From Coleofasciculus sp. B1-GNL1-01 (lineage in GTDB: Bacteria > Cyanobacteriota > Cyanobacteriia > Cyanobacteriales > Coleofasciculaceae): a DNA stretch of 64,000 nt. The stretch lies in assembly GCA_040220235.1 (NCBI GenBank), contig JAVJTO010000006.1; one strand, 5' to 3'. A program made the translations under genes and the position numbers. Shown here in pieces: positions 18,915 to 28,295 of this stretch. Below the pieces are notes generated by a model. It saw only the letters and a list, made by a program, of their open reading frames with translations, was not told the DNA's origin and searched no databases. Every line of letters begins with the position of its first letter. The stretch's first letter is position 1.

Positions 18915-20495
18915 TCAAAACCGTTCTCCTACGCCCAAATGCACCTGAGAATCCCCCTGATCATTTAAGCCAAAATCCACCTGTACTGGACCAAAAGGCG
19001 ATCGCACTCTCACCCCAACCCCATAACCAAATCCACTCCCTGGCTTATCCCGCACCTCTCCCGGTTCCCCAGTAACAGTATCCCCTGAACCTAAATCTGT
19101 GGCATAATCCGCAAATATCCGACCCCCTAACCAAGTAAACACCGGAAACCGATATTCAGCCGTGGCTTGCAGGTAAGACCGACCTGCACCCACTTCCCCA
19201 CTCTGATAGCCGCGTACCGAACTCCCCCCGCCGAGGCTAAAGGCTTCATAAGCAGGTAAATCGCCAATCACGGTTCCTCCCTGAAGATTAAACACTAAGG
19301 TTTGATCGCCAGAGGTGAACCCAAATAACTCCACCGGAACATATTGGGTATAACTTCCACTCACCCGATTAAAAATAATATCGGCTTCACCCACAGGAAC
19401 CGACTGATCCATCCCGACTCTGACATTAGATCCTTGGCTGGGATAATCGGTATCATCGCGATTATCTTGCACCGCCGATAGATTCACCGTCAATAAATCA
19501 TCTTGACCGCGATCGCTTAAACTCAACGGATTGCCAAATTCATCCACAGGCTGCACCTGATCGGTAAACGCCTGATCCCGAATCGACACCCGCTGATAAG
19601 ATACTCCTACCCCAGCCTGCCAATTCCCTCCCAGAGGACGAAACACTTCCCCACTTCCCCCCAAACGATGCACCCACGGCGTTTCCCCATTCGGCAAATC
19701 CACCTCGCGATCGCCACCAATAAACACTTCCGATGGAGAACGCTGATTAAATACCGCCAAACTGTACCCTGTCCGCAACGGATCACCCGCAATCCACGGA
19801 TCAGTAAAACTCACCTCAAATCCTAGAGTATCTTCGCCCCCTTCCAGTTCTAGCGCCAAGTTCTGATTATTCCCGCCCAGATTCTCCTCCTCTAACCGCA
19901 ACACCCCATAAATCCCTTTTGCCCGACTTGCACTGGGAAAAGCGGTGACATTAAAGGATGAATCCTCAACCACATTCACAATCATGACAATTTGATTGGG
20001 TTGATTGGTCTGTTGGAGACTGAGGGTAGCATCCTCGACACTATCTAACTGCGTGACTCGTTCTAACCCCTGCTGGGCGACCTCTGGACGATAAACGTCT
20101 CCAGGTTGCAGATCAAATTCTCGCGTAATGATATAAGGACGAGTGTTTCCGGGAGTGGGTTGACCGTCTTCATCAACAAAGCGAACTTGGATATCCGCGA
20201 TCGCAACAGGTCTCCTGGAAGGAATAGGATTACGGTTTGGTGATTGAGGACGTTGAGGCACATCGGGGAGAGTCGTCTGCTTCTGGAAGGGTTGCGATCG
20301 CCTCTGGCGGTACGTGGGGTTTAATCGCGCTTCGATTGGCATCCCCTGATTATCCACAAACGAACCATACTCAACTGGCGAAACTACGTCTATTTCCTGT
20401 CCCCGACTCGATGCAGCCGCCAATAATTCTGCACCTACCCCAGCCAATACTAGGGGAAGAATAAACCACTTGCGCCACCGTTGGTAGAACCCCAT
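18915..20495 (-). CDS. Omp85/BamA-TamA family outer membrane protein
   Basis: Signal peptide, Pro-rich linker, POTRA-like GNTRPYIITREF segment, barrel motifs NLGGNNQ and LGGGSSVRGY, C-terminal GERF. Confidence 0.92.
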   Translation of the reverse strand: MGFYQRWRKWFILPLVLAGVGAELLAAASSRGQEIDVVSPVEYGSFVDNQGMPIEARLNPTYRQRRSQPFQKQTTLPDVPQRPQSPNRNPIPSRRPVAIADIQVRFVDEDGQPTPGNTRPYIITREFDLQPGDVYRPEVAQQGLERVTQLDSVEDATLSLQQTNQPNQIVMIVNVVEDSSFNVTAFPSASRAKGIYGVLRLEEENLGGNNQNLALELEGGEDTLGFEVSFTDPWIAGDPLRTGYSLAVFNQRSPSEVFIGGDREVDLPNGETPWVHRLGGSGEVFRPLGGNWQAGVGVSYQRVSIRDQAFTDQVQPVDEFGNPLSLSDRGQDDLLTVNLSAVQDNRDDTDYPSQGSNVRVGMDQSVPVGEADIIFNRVSGSYTQYVPVELFGFTSGDQTLVFNLQGGTVIGDLPAYEAFSLGGGSSVRGYQSGEVGAGRSYLQATAEYRFPVFTWLGGRIFADYATDLGSGDTVTGEPGEVRDKPGSGFGYGVGVRVRSPFGPVQVDFGLNDQGDSQVHLGVGERF

Positions 20496-20623
20496 CAGCC
20501 ACCTTACCCGCTACGTGCCAGTTCCGCTTTTACAACCGATGTTATCAGTATATTTCCCATCAGGGAAGGTAGAGATATTCCGCCGGAATATCTCTACAAT
20601 AATGTTACGCTTTGTTGAAATTC

Positions 20624-20926
20624 CTAGAAATTCCCAAAACCCGGACAAAGCACATTCAAAAGTTCAGGCGGAATCTCCTCGTAATGTTCCAGCACAAAGT
20701 CCATAAAGGCGAGATGGCGCAAATCTCTGGGTTGAGGACGGCGGTAATTACGACCTCTTCTGAACCAACTATCAACAGTAGACATGGAACGGGAACAGAT
20801 AAAAGCCATCGTTTCATGATTTACCAGCCATTTCGCATAAAACTGTTGCGGCGTCATTCCCAGTTGACAGTAACCATAGAGGTCAATTAAAGCCTGTTCG
20901 CGTTCAGTGATAGGACGGGGTGTCAT
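20624..20926 (-). CDS. Small helix-turn-helix protein (cyanobacterial family)
   Basis: MTPQQFYAKWLVNHETMAFICSRSMSTVDSWF HTH-like segment. The ATG at 20926 overlaps the stop of the upstream gene. Confidence 0.75.
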   Translation of the reverse strand: MTPRPITEREQALIDLYGYCQLGMTPQQFYAKWLVNHETMAFICSRSMSTVDSWFRRGRNYRRPQPRDLRHLAFMDFVLEHYEEIPPELLNVLCPGFGNF

Positions 20927-21549
20927 CGGCTTTCCTCCCAAGGTTCCAGGTCATCTTCCCAAGCCGTATCAGCTACCGTCCACCGGGAACTGGGGGAACA
21001 TTTGTCCAGCCAAATCAGATAACACCATGTCCAACCACAGTGATGAGACGCAAAGCCGTAGAATCTGCCGATCGCAGTTCCCCAGTCTGGAGATGTTGGC
21101 GGATTGGGGAGTTTCGGGTTGAGGCTGTCTGCGCGATCGCGAATCCATTGCAGCTTATCCCCATAGAGAAATCTCGGCGGTTTGACGTGAGGGAAGTCAG
21201 TGGGGAGTTCAACGACTGAGAAGCGCTTGTGACTAAAGCTGATGGGTAAGTCGCAGCCGCCATAACCCATGGCTTTGAGGTAGCCGGATACAATTTTGCC
21301 ATTGAGAGTCGCGGTTAACTCTCGGATCAGGATTGCGGCGAGGCTTTCCAGTTCCGATTGGCTTACATTCATCCCGACTGCATCAAACTCAGTGTTACAG
21401 AGGGTTTGCAGGCGAGAGAGGAGAGAGGCGATCGCAAAATCATCCAAGGCTTGCTGATAGCCCCTCTGGTCAGTGGATGGGCGAATTAAGTCGCGATCGC
21501 ACGTACTTTTTGAGAAATTTGGCATAGGATTGAAATTGCTCCTATTCAA
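20923..21549 (-). CDS. Hypothetical protein with a Trp-rich C-terminal domain
   Basis: 208-aa ORF coupled to the HTH gene. C-terminal PPRFLYGD...DWG..IGRFY...W.WCYLIWLD..SPS. Start codon uncertain. Confidence 0.65.
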   Translation of the reverse strand: MNRSNFNPMPNFSKSTCDRDLIRPSTDQRGYQQALDDFAIASLLSRLQTLCNTEFDAVGMNVSQSELESLAAILIRELTATLNGKIVSGYLKAMGYGGCDLPISFSHKRFSVVELPTDFPHVKPPRFLYGDKLQWIRDRADSLNPKLPNPPTSPDWGTAIGRFYGFASHHCGWTWCYLIWLDKCSPSSRWTVADTAWEDDLEPWEESR

Positions 21550-21562
21550 TAGTGGGAGTCAG

Positions 21563-21606
21563 CGCCAGACCTATCGCTTTGGACGGCAGGAGGTCTGGCG
21601 TTTTTG
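21563..21606. other. Stem-loop CGCCAGACCT...AGGTCTGGCG followed by a T-run on the + strand
   Basis: 10-bp perfect arms around atcgctttggacggcagg, then tttttt. Confidence 0.6.
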
Positions 21607-21648
21607 TATAGTGCCTGCGCGTTTTCTAAACATTTGAAATACTTGAAT

Positions 21649-21703
21649 TTAGTTAACGCGCATTTACTGTACATGACTATATTAGAACATGCGCGTTAAC
21701 TAA
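21649..21703. promoter_or_regulatory. 15-bp perfect inverted repeat with a 25-bp spacer in a divergent promoter (putative operator)
   Basis: TTAGTTAACGCGCAT-N25-ATGCGCGTTAACTAA. The operator role is inferred. Confidence 0.65.
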
Positions 21704-21757
21704 TCAATAGGGAATGTTAGAATTTTTTTAGAATATGCGTATGAACTAAACGATAAT

Positions 21758-21976
21758 ATGCCCAAAGGTAAAAAGCGTGTCAGGGGAGAACCCGTTGATC
21801 ACAATGAATTAAAGAAAAGTCTTAACTTGACAGTTACACCGACGGGGGCGCGTGGACTAGAAGAAATCGCCCAGGAATTGGGGCTAAAATCTAAAAGTGA
21901 GTTAGTGGATCAAATTGGGCGTAGGCGGCTAATCGTTTCTCCAAATCCAGTAATTGAGAAGGATACAGAGGAGTGA
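21758..21976 (+). CDS. Small ribbon-helix-helix (CopG-like) DNA-binding protein
   Basis: KKSLNLTVTPTGARGLEEIAQELGLKSKSELVDQIGR: a beta strand plus two helices with an S.SEL motif. Confidence 0.75.
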   Translation: MPKGKKRVRGEPVDHNELKKSLNLTVTPTGARGLEEIAQELGLKSKSELVDQIGRRRLIVSPNPVIEKDTEE

Positions 21977-22167
21977 AATTAATCTCTTTTCGTGGTTTTC
22001 CTGTCTTCAGAAAAGATATAGATACAAAAAGACGAGCTGCTTTGGTAAAATAATAGGTTTGTCTGAAGCTTAGAATCAGAGACAGCAACGCCATTACCGC
22101 GAGGAGACCAGGTAAGTACGTGAATTTCAGATTAGGTTAGAACAGTGACATAATAGGTTTAATTTTA

Positions 22168-23448
22168 ATGATTAGTATCAACCAAGAGAAAAATGATAAA
22201 ATTCATGAATTATGCAATTTGCCAGAGGGCTGGCAATGGAAAAAATTATCGGAAATAGCTGATACAACAAGCGGAGGTACACCTAGAAGAAACCAATTAG
22301 AATACTTTCAAGGAAATATTAATTGGTTTAAATCAGGTGAATTACAAGATGCAGAAATATTTGAAAGCCAAGAAAAAATAACTTTGGGAGCTATAAAGGA
22401 TTCAAATGCCAAAGTTTTTCCAAGAGGTACTCTTTTGATAGCTATGTATGGTGCTACGGCTGGTAAGTTAGGAGTTTTAGGTGTAAAAGCTGCTACCAAT
22501 CAAGCCATTTGTGCTGTTTTCCCCAAAAAACAGTTTGGTTTACCATTGCTCAACAATTGGTTCTTGTTTTATTACTTTAAATCCATTCGGCAGCAACTGA
22601 TCAATCGTAGTTTTGGTGCAGTTCAGCCCAATATAAGCCAAAGATTAATTAAAGAGACTTATATACCAATTCCATTTCCTAAAGATATTGTTCTCTCTCT
22701 TGATATTCAGAATCGCATTGTAGCCCGCGTCGAATCCTTACTCGGTGAATTGAAAGGCGATCACCAGATTCTGGACAAAATGCATCGGGATACTAGCCGA
22801 TTTATTGACATGAAATTGGAGGAAATTTTTGAAATTTTGCAGTCAGCTAGACAACCACTGATGGATGTTATTGAATCACCTCCCAGAAACGGATGGTCGC
22901 CAAAATGTGATAATAACCCCAATGGAACTCCTGTACTTAAGCTGGGAGCAGTCTTAAAGTTTCAGTATAAGCCCGATGAATTTAAGCGAACAAGCCTACC
23001 CACTGATCCGAATGCACATTACTGGCTTAAACCAGGAGATGTTTTGATATCTCGAAGTAATACATTCGAACTTGTAGGTCATGCGGCTATTTATTCAGGA
23101 ACTCCTTTTCCCTGTATTTATCCAGATTTGATGATGCGGATTAGAGTGGATCAATCAAAAGCTGATAGCCGTTTTCTAGTTTATTGGCTTCAGAGTAAAG
23201 AAGTACGTCATTTTATTCAATCTCGTGCTTCTGGAGCCAGTCCGACAATGAAAAAAATTAACCAAGGTCATGTATGTAATATTCCATTTCCGGTAATTTC
23301 TTTAGATGAACAACGTCAATTAGCTCATTATTTAGACTCTATTCAATCTGAAGTTAACCAAATGTTGAAAACAATGCAACAAGATGCAAAACTACTTGAA
23401 CGATTAGAACAGGCAATTCTAGAGAAAGCATTTCAGGGGCAGCTATAG
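22168..23448 (+). CDS. hsdS: Type I R-M specificity subunit with two TRDs
   Basis: LPEGWQWKKLSEI, SGGTP, ATNQAI, QPNISQ, Q.RIV, a second TRD ending FPVISLDEQ..., C-terminal LEQAILEKAFQGQL. Confidence 0.93.
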   Translation: MISINQEKNDKIHELCNLPEGWQWKKLSEIADTTSGGTPRRNQLEYFQGNINWFKSGELQDAEIFESQEKITLGAIKDSNAKVFPRGTLLIAMYGATAGKLGVLGVKAATNQAICAVFPKKQFGLPLLNNWFLFYYFKSIRQQLINRSFGAVQPNISQRLIKETYIPIPFPKDIVLSLDIQNRIVARVESLLGELKGDHQILDKMHRDTSRFIDMKLEEIFEILQSARQPLMDVIESPPRNGWSPKCDNNPNGTPVLKLGAVLKFQYKPDEFKRTSLPTDPNAHYWLKPGDVLISRSNTFELVGHAAIYSGTPFPCIYPDLMMRIRVDQSKADSRFLVYWLQSKEVRHFIQSRASGASPTMKKINQGHVCNIPFPVISLDEQRQLAHYLDSIQSEVNQMLKTMQQDAKLLERLEQAILEKAFQGQL

Positions 23449-23451
23449 ATT

Positions 23452-25467
23452 ATGACGAGCGCCAGCGAAAAGCTTAATCAGGTTTGGTCGGAATTCCAAA
23501 AAGCTGGAATTACCGATGATTTAAGCGTCATTGAATATATTGCCAGATTTCTCTTAGAAGAAAGCAATTCAATTGTAGCTTCATCCAGCGACTCAAAAGC
23601 CCAGAGTCTTGTCCCCCATGATCCAGAAAAATTTCCATCAGAGAAAGCAATACCTAAAAGACCACCTAGTGACTTAAATATAGATATAGAAACTATCAAG
23701 CAGTATTTGCGTGAAGCAGCAGAACAAGCAGGAGACATCGCAACCCTATTTGACCGTTACGTTCTCTTTCGCTTACCTTCCATACTTCCAGGGGGACGCT
23801 ATCCGACTCCCAGGCACATAACTACTTTTCTACAGCGTATTGCCCAGGTTAAACCCAGTCATAGTATGGTAGATATTGCCTGTGGCAGTGGTGGTTTTTT
23901 AGTCGCTCAAGGGATAACTGTTACCTCCCCACTAAGAGTGGGCATTGATATTTCTCCTGAATGGAAACGACTCGCATGGGCTAATACCAGATTGCACGGC
24001 TTTGTCCCACGCTTGCTCAATGGAAACGCTCTTGATAGTAAGAATTTAGCAAAAGTTTTTACTGATAATAAGTTTGACCGCATTTTAATAAACCCGCCCT
24101 TCGGCGAAAAGATTGATAACAAGTTAGCAGAAAGCACCCTTGGGCAGAGGGTGGGTAGCCGAAGCGAAACAGCCCTGACTACACTAGCTCTCAAAAAACT
24201 ATCTGAGGGAGGAAAAGCAGCTATCTTAGTTCCTTCAGGTTTGCTATTTAGCAACAATACAGGTGAGAGAGAATTACGAAGGCAGCTAGTCGTTGACTAT
24301 AAACTTGAAGCGGTCATCTCCTTACCCAAAGACGCTTTACAACCCTACAGTCCGTTACAAACTCACCTGCTGCTTGTGAGTAAACCCGATAATTCCGCTC
24401 AACCCTCAAAAAATGCAGAGAATCCAATCTGGTTTTGGCAGCTTGAACAGGACGGCTACCCTAGTGGTCGAGGTCGTGACTTAACTCAAGACCCCAATGA
24501 ATCAGCAAGTGACTTACCCTTTGTCACCAGAGTTCTCACCAATCCGAATCCCCCTCTTTTATTTCCCCAACACAATCCTCGAATAGCCATCAGCAGAATA
24601 GCTGAAGGTACTTCGCTACTGGGCTTTGTTTGCCAAGCGACCTCGACAGAATTGACCTCGGTCACGTTTTATCCACAACCGAATGAAACCACCTCTGCAT
24701 TCCTGTTAACTGAGACTGCACCCCTAGGTGAACAGCGCATCTGCGATCGCATCCCTTTGGATGGTAGCGAACCCTCACAGGTTGAAAATCCACAGCAGCT
24801 AATTCAAGACCTATATAAACTTAAACAGAAAGACCCTGATCCGGGTAAACGCCTATTCTCTCAACCCGTAAAAGCAGCAGCAATCTCAGTTTTACCCGAA
24901 AGCCAAGCTGTAGGAAGCAATAGAGTCAGACTCCTCGGTGTAGCGGTGCAATGGGACACGATTCAAGCGCCAACCTACGATTTACGCCCAGAACGTTATG
25001 TTGAAAAGCAGGAGGAACCGCGTTCGACTGATTCTCCGGCTGAACTCCTTAGCCAAATTTACCAAAACCAGAGAAAGCTGTCTGGGCACATTGAGAGCCT
25101 ATTTGGTCGTCTGGAACTCCCTGCGATCGCCAATCAACAACTTCCTTCTCCCTTGGCAAATATAGCATCCCTGGGAATTCTCGAAAAACTGAATCCAGAA
25201 CAGAAGACCATTTGGGAGCGAATTCAGGCAAAAATAGAAAAAATTGATAGCCGTGATCAAGATAACCCACAAACCGCAGTACACTTTACCTTAGAGGAGT
25301 TGCTCCAAGAGGATGACAGCGAGATATCAGAAATGACTCGTTCAACTGTCGATCTCCTGGAACGCCTGGGAGTAATTGTACCAGTGACGATTACAACTCC
25401 TAGCACCGATGAGTCAATTCAGTGCTATCGTCGTGTTACAGAGCGAGACTTGTGGCAGTTCGACTGA
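23452..25467 (+). CDS. HsdM-like N6-adenine DNA methyltransferase with an internal insertion and an extra C-terminal domain
   Basis: GRYPTPRHI (motif X), DIACGSGGFL (motif I), NPPF (motif IV), AAILVPSGLLF, LEAVISLP, HsdM-like tail YDLRPERY...SPAELL, then about 110 additional residues. Confidence 0.88.
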   Translation: MTSASEKLNQVWSEFQKAGITDDLSVIEYIARFLLEESNSIVASSSDSKAQSLVPHDPEKFPSEKAIPKRPPSDLNIDIETIKQYLREAAEQAGDIATLFDRYVLFRLPSILPGGRYPTPRHITTFLQRIAQVKPSHSMVDIACGSGGFLVAQGITVTSPLRVGIDISPEWKRLAWANTRLHGFVPRLLNGNALDSKNLAKVFTDNKFDRILINPPFGEKIDNKLAESTLGQRVGSRSETALTTLALKKLSEGGKAAILVPSGLLFSNNTGERELRRQLVVDYKLEAVISLPKDALQPYSPLQTHLLLVSKPDNSAQPSKNAENPIWFWQLEQDGYPSGRGRDLTQDPNESASDLPFVTRVLTNPNPPLLFPQHNPRIAISRIAEGTSLLGFVCQATSTELTSVTFYPQPNETTSAFLLTETAPLGEQRICDRIPLDGSEPSQVENPQQLIQDLYKLKQKDPDPGKRLFSQPVKAAAISVLPESQAVGSNRVRLLGVAVQWDTIQAPTYDLRPERYVEKQEEPRSTDSPAELLSQIYQNQRKLSGHIESLFGRLELPAIANQQLPSPLANIASLGILEKLNPEQKTIWERIQAKIEKIDSRDQDNPQTAVHFTLEELLQEDDSEISEMTRSTVDLLERLGVIVPVTITTPSTDESIQCYRRVTERDLWQFD

Positions 25468-25496
25468 AGCGAATCAGAATTAGAGGGGGAGAGTAT

Positions 25497-27032
25497 ATGA
25501 AATTGAAACGACTCTACCTAGGAGATTATCGGGTCTTACGTGACCTAGAGATTCGCTTTTGTCCACCGACTGAACGCCGCCTAACTTTTACTCGCAACTA
25601 TAGCCTTGACTTTCTCGTTGGTGTCAACGGCACAGGCAAATCAACGGTGCTGAAGATATTATGGAACTTAATGCAGCAATTAGAGGGAAATCCTTACATT
25701 GAATATCCCTTTGAACTGGAATATGAACTGGGAACGGATAACCAAAAGCGCACGATTAAAATTTCTAATCGCCACGAAGATCCGGAAACCGAAGAAATGA
25801 TTTTCACCCCAGTTCCCTCAGCTTTGGAAAATAACCAACCTATTGCGATAAGTCGTGATATCTTACCGGAACTCGTCGTTGCCTTTACAACAGGTAGCGA
25901 AGGAGAATGGGATTTGGGTGGAGACCAAAAAAGTTTTGACAGTGGCAATTTAGCTGAATTACAAGACTTGTCTCAACTCGAACGAGCAATTCGAGAGTTA
26001 CCCGGAAAGCGAACCAACTTGGAAATCACGGAGGGACGAAATACAAGCGAAGGTAGTCGCTGTTTGTTTATCAAAAACCATCAGCTTCCTTTACTCACCC
26101 TTTGTAGTCTATTAGTCGATTTAGCAGAAAATTCTGATCAGTCAGGTTTAAAGGACGTTTTTCAAGAAGTATATATAAAACCCATATCCGGCTTTTCCCT
26201 GAAATTCCGGAAAACTCATGATCCCGCTTATTTAGGTGACTGGGATGATGTCAAGAGTTTAGCCCGGATAGCATCTTTGTGTCTGCATCAAGGAAATGAT
26301 TACTTATTGGTGTTTGACTTAACTAGCACTGGGCATTCCATTGCTAAAGAGATTTTTAACAGCTTCTCTAGTGGTTTGGAGTTGTTCAAAAAACTCTCCT
26401 TACTCGCTAATGTGGATGAAAATGGACAATCCGTCTTGAGAGAAGTCAACATCTTTTTAGAACGGACAAATTCCCCGCATCCCGAAACCCATCTAGACGT
26501 TCCCCCCTTACACCTGTTTGAGTGGCTCAGTGACGGGGAACGTAGTTTTTTAGGTCGGATGAGTCTATTTACTTTGTTAGGTACTACCGAAGCTTTGATT
26601 ATTCTAGATGAACCAGAAGTTCACTTTAATGATTTCTGGAAACGCCAAATTGTGCAACTCTTAGACGCTAAGCTCAAAGATCGCCATAGCCATGTTTTAA
26701 TTACGACTCACTCCAGTATCACATTAACTGATGTTCCCAAAGAAGATATTGTCGTCTTAGATCGGAATGGCAACTACACTCAGAGTTCATTTAATCCAAC
26801 ATTGCGAACCTTCGGAGCTGATCCTAGCGATATCATGGTGCATGTGTTTGGTGCGCCACATCCTGCTGGAGCATCCAGTGTGCACCGTATTGAGCAAGAG
26901 TTAGAAAACTCATTAAATCGAAGTCCCCATGAACGACGAGAGGTACTCGAAGAATTGCTGAATAATGTCGTTGCTCAAGGATATTGGAGCTATCTAATTC
27001 GTCGCGAATTGCAAACAATGGAAAAGGAATGA
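25497..27032 (+). CDS. ABC-family (AAA_21/PtuA-like) ATPase
   Basis: Start MKLKRLYLGDYRVL after a GAGGGGGAG RBS. Walker A GVNGTGKS, signature LSDGE, Walker B IILDEPEVHFN, H-loop LITTHS. Confidence 0.9.
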   Translation: MKLKRLYLGDYRVLRDLEIRFCPPTERRLTFTRNYSLDFLVGVNGTGKSTVLKILWNLMQQLEGNPYIEYPFELEYELGTDNQKRTIKISNRHEDPETEEMIFTPVPSALENNQPIAISRDILPELVVAFTTGSEGEWDLGGDQKSFDSGNLAELQDLSQLERAIRELPGKRTNLEITEGRNTSEGSRCLFIKNHQLPLLTLCSLLVDLAENSDQSGLKDVFQEVYIKPISGFSLKFRKTHDPAYLGDWDDVKSLARIASLCLHQGNDYLLVFDLTSTGHSIAKEIFNSFSSGLELFKKLSLLANVDENGQSVLREVNIFLERTNSPHPETHLDVPPLHLFEWLSDGERSFLGRMSLFTLLGTTEALIILDEPEVHFNDFWKRQIVQLLDAKLKDRHSHVLITTHSSITLTDVPKEDIVVLDRNGNYTQSSFNPTLRTFGADPSDIMVHVFGAPHPAGASSVHRIEQELENSLNRSPHERREVLEELLNNVVAQGYWSYLIRRELQTMEKE

Positions 27033-28261
27033 TTTATCAAGTAGAGTTACCTGAACTCACGCTTAAGCGACTGACGGATGTAGTTTACCTACAAATGCGT
27101 TTACTAAGATACGCTGCTTCTACGGAGACTCTAAGTCGGCAAACCTGTGAGCGTTACCTGAAAGGATATAAAAGGTTTCGAGGACGACATAAACAAATTG
27201 CTGATTGGCTTTGGCGAGGTCCAAAAAGGCGCAAACTTTTAGAGAATTTTTCTCAAGGTTCACGTCCAGAAAAACTTGAATGGAGCAGATGTTTGTTTCG
27301 AGAAGCGCTGGCATTTCTGACTAACCCAGTCGGTTATATGACACCATATAGAAAAAAAGCCGCCCCAGATTGGCAGCAAGCAGGCGCTGAGTTTCTTTGC
27401 CTGTTCTATGAATATCTGGGTAAAGAATTACCTGATTACTTTTTTTCAGAAAGAGGAGCAACCCAATTTAATAAAAATAACCTTAAATCTAATTTTTTTA
27501 AGACTAATAATCAACTTGAAGTTTGCCCTGCTTGTGACTTTTCAGCTACTCGTAGTCAAGTTGATCACTATCTTCCCATTAGCCTCTATCCCCACCTTTC
27601 TTGTCATCCTTTTAACTTAATTCCTATCTGTAGTGAGTGTAATTCGTTAATGGTTAAGGGAAATCATGACGTACTTCAGAAAAACTCAAAAAATCGACGT
27701 AAATTAGAAGATATATTTTTGATATACAAAAATTGTGGACTTGGAGACTTAACTTATTTAAAGCTTGAACTAGAAAAAGGCTATAGGTCTATAAGCTTGA
27801 TGGAATTTAAGCCGCGTAAAGGAGAAAATCTCCGTGACTGTATCGACGCATACTGTAATGCCTACCAAATTCCAGATAGATGGTTGGAAATAGTGAAAAC
27901 AATTGAAAACCAGCTTTTCAGTCAAATTAAACAATTTATGAAAGCAGCCAAAGGACAAAGAGAATCACTTAACATTTTTGACGTAGACCGTGGACTTACA
28001 GAACTGCTACAAAGCTTGTGTGAAAACCAAGGTAAAATACCCTTTGCATTTCCCATGTCTTGGTGGCTTGCCACTTTAATTGAGAGAGAATTAAAACCAG
28101 CTATCAGTAGTTCTCAGCAGATAGAGGTCAAAAATTTTCCCTTACTTGAGGAAATAGCTGATTGGATACGCCAGGATAACATACAACACCCGGCTTACAT
28201 TAAAGAACCACACCTTGAGCAAGCCCGAAATTTAAGGACAATAGTAGCAGAAGAAGGGTAG
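27029..28261 (+). CDS. HNH endonuclease-domain protein
   Basis: CPAC...VDHYLPISLYPHLSCHPFNLIPICSECN zinc-binding HNH motif. ATGA overlap with the ATPase stop. Confidence 0.88.
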   Translation: MIYQVELPELTLKRLTDVVYLQMRLLRYAASTETLSRQTCERYLKGYKRFRGRHKQIADWLWRGPKRRKLLENFSQGSRPEKLEWSRCLFREALAFLTNPVGYMTPYRKKAAPDWQQAGAEFLCLFYEYLGKELPDYFFSERGATQFNKNNLKSNFFKTNNQLEVCPACDFSATRSQVDHYLPISLYPHLSCHPFNLIPICSECNSLMVKGNHDVLQKNSKNRRKLEDIFLIYKNCGLGDLTYLKLELEKGYRSISLMEFKPRKGENLRDCIDAYCNAYQIPDRWLEIVKTIENQLFSQIKQFMKAAKGQRESLNIFDVDRGLTELLQSLCENQGKIPFAFPMSWWLATLIERELKPAISSSQQIEVKNFPLLEEIADWIRQDNIQHPAYIKEPHLEQARNLRTIVAEEG

Positions 28262-28295
28262 ATTTGTATTCTTTATAACCCACCCGACAAGCAAT

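Noticed and set aside
21980..22167. Possible hsdR/hsdM remnant or retron-type ncRNA upstream of hsdS
   Set aside because: No recognisable motif or long inverted repeat, and no reverse transcriptase in the window.
25422..25496. ORF-track upstream start for the ATPase (and 26984 for the HNH gene)
   Set aside because: These overlap the preceding genes. ATG 25497 has a strong RBS and ATG 27029 gives an ATGA overlap.
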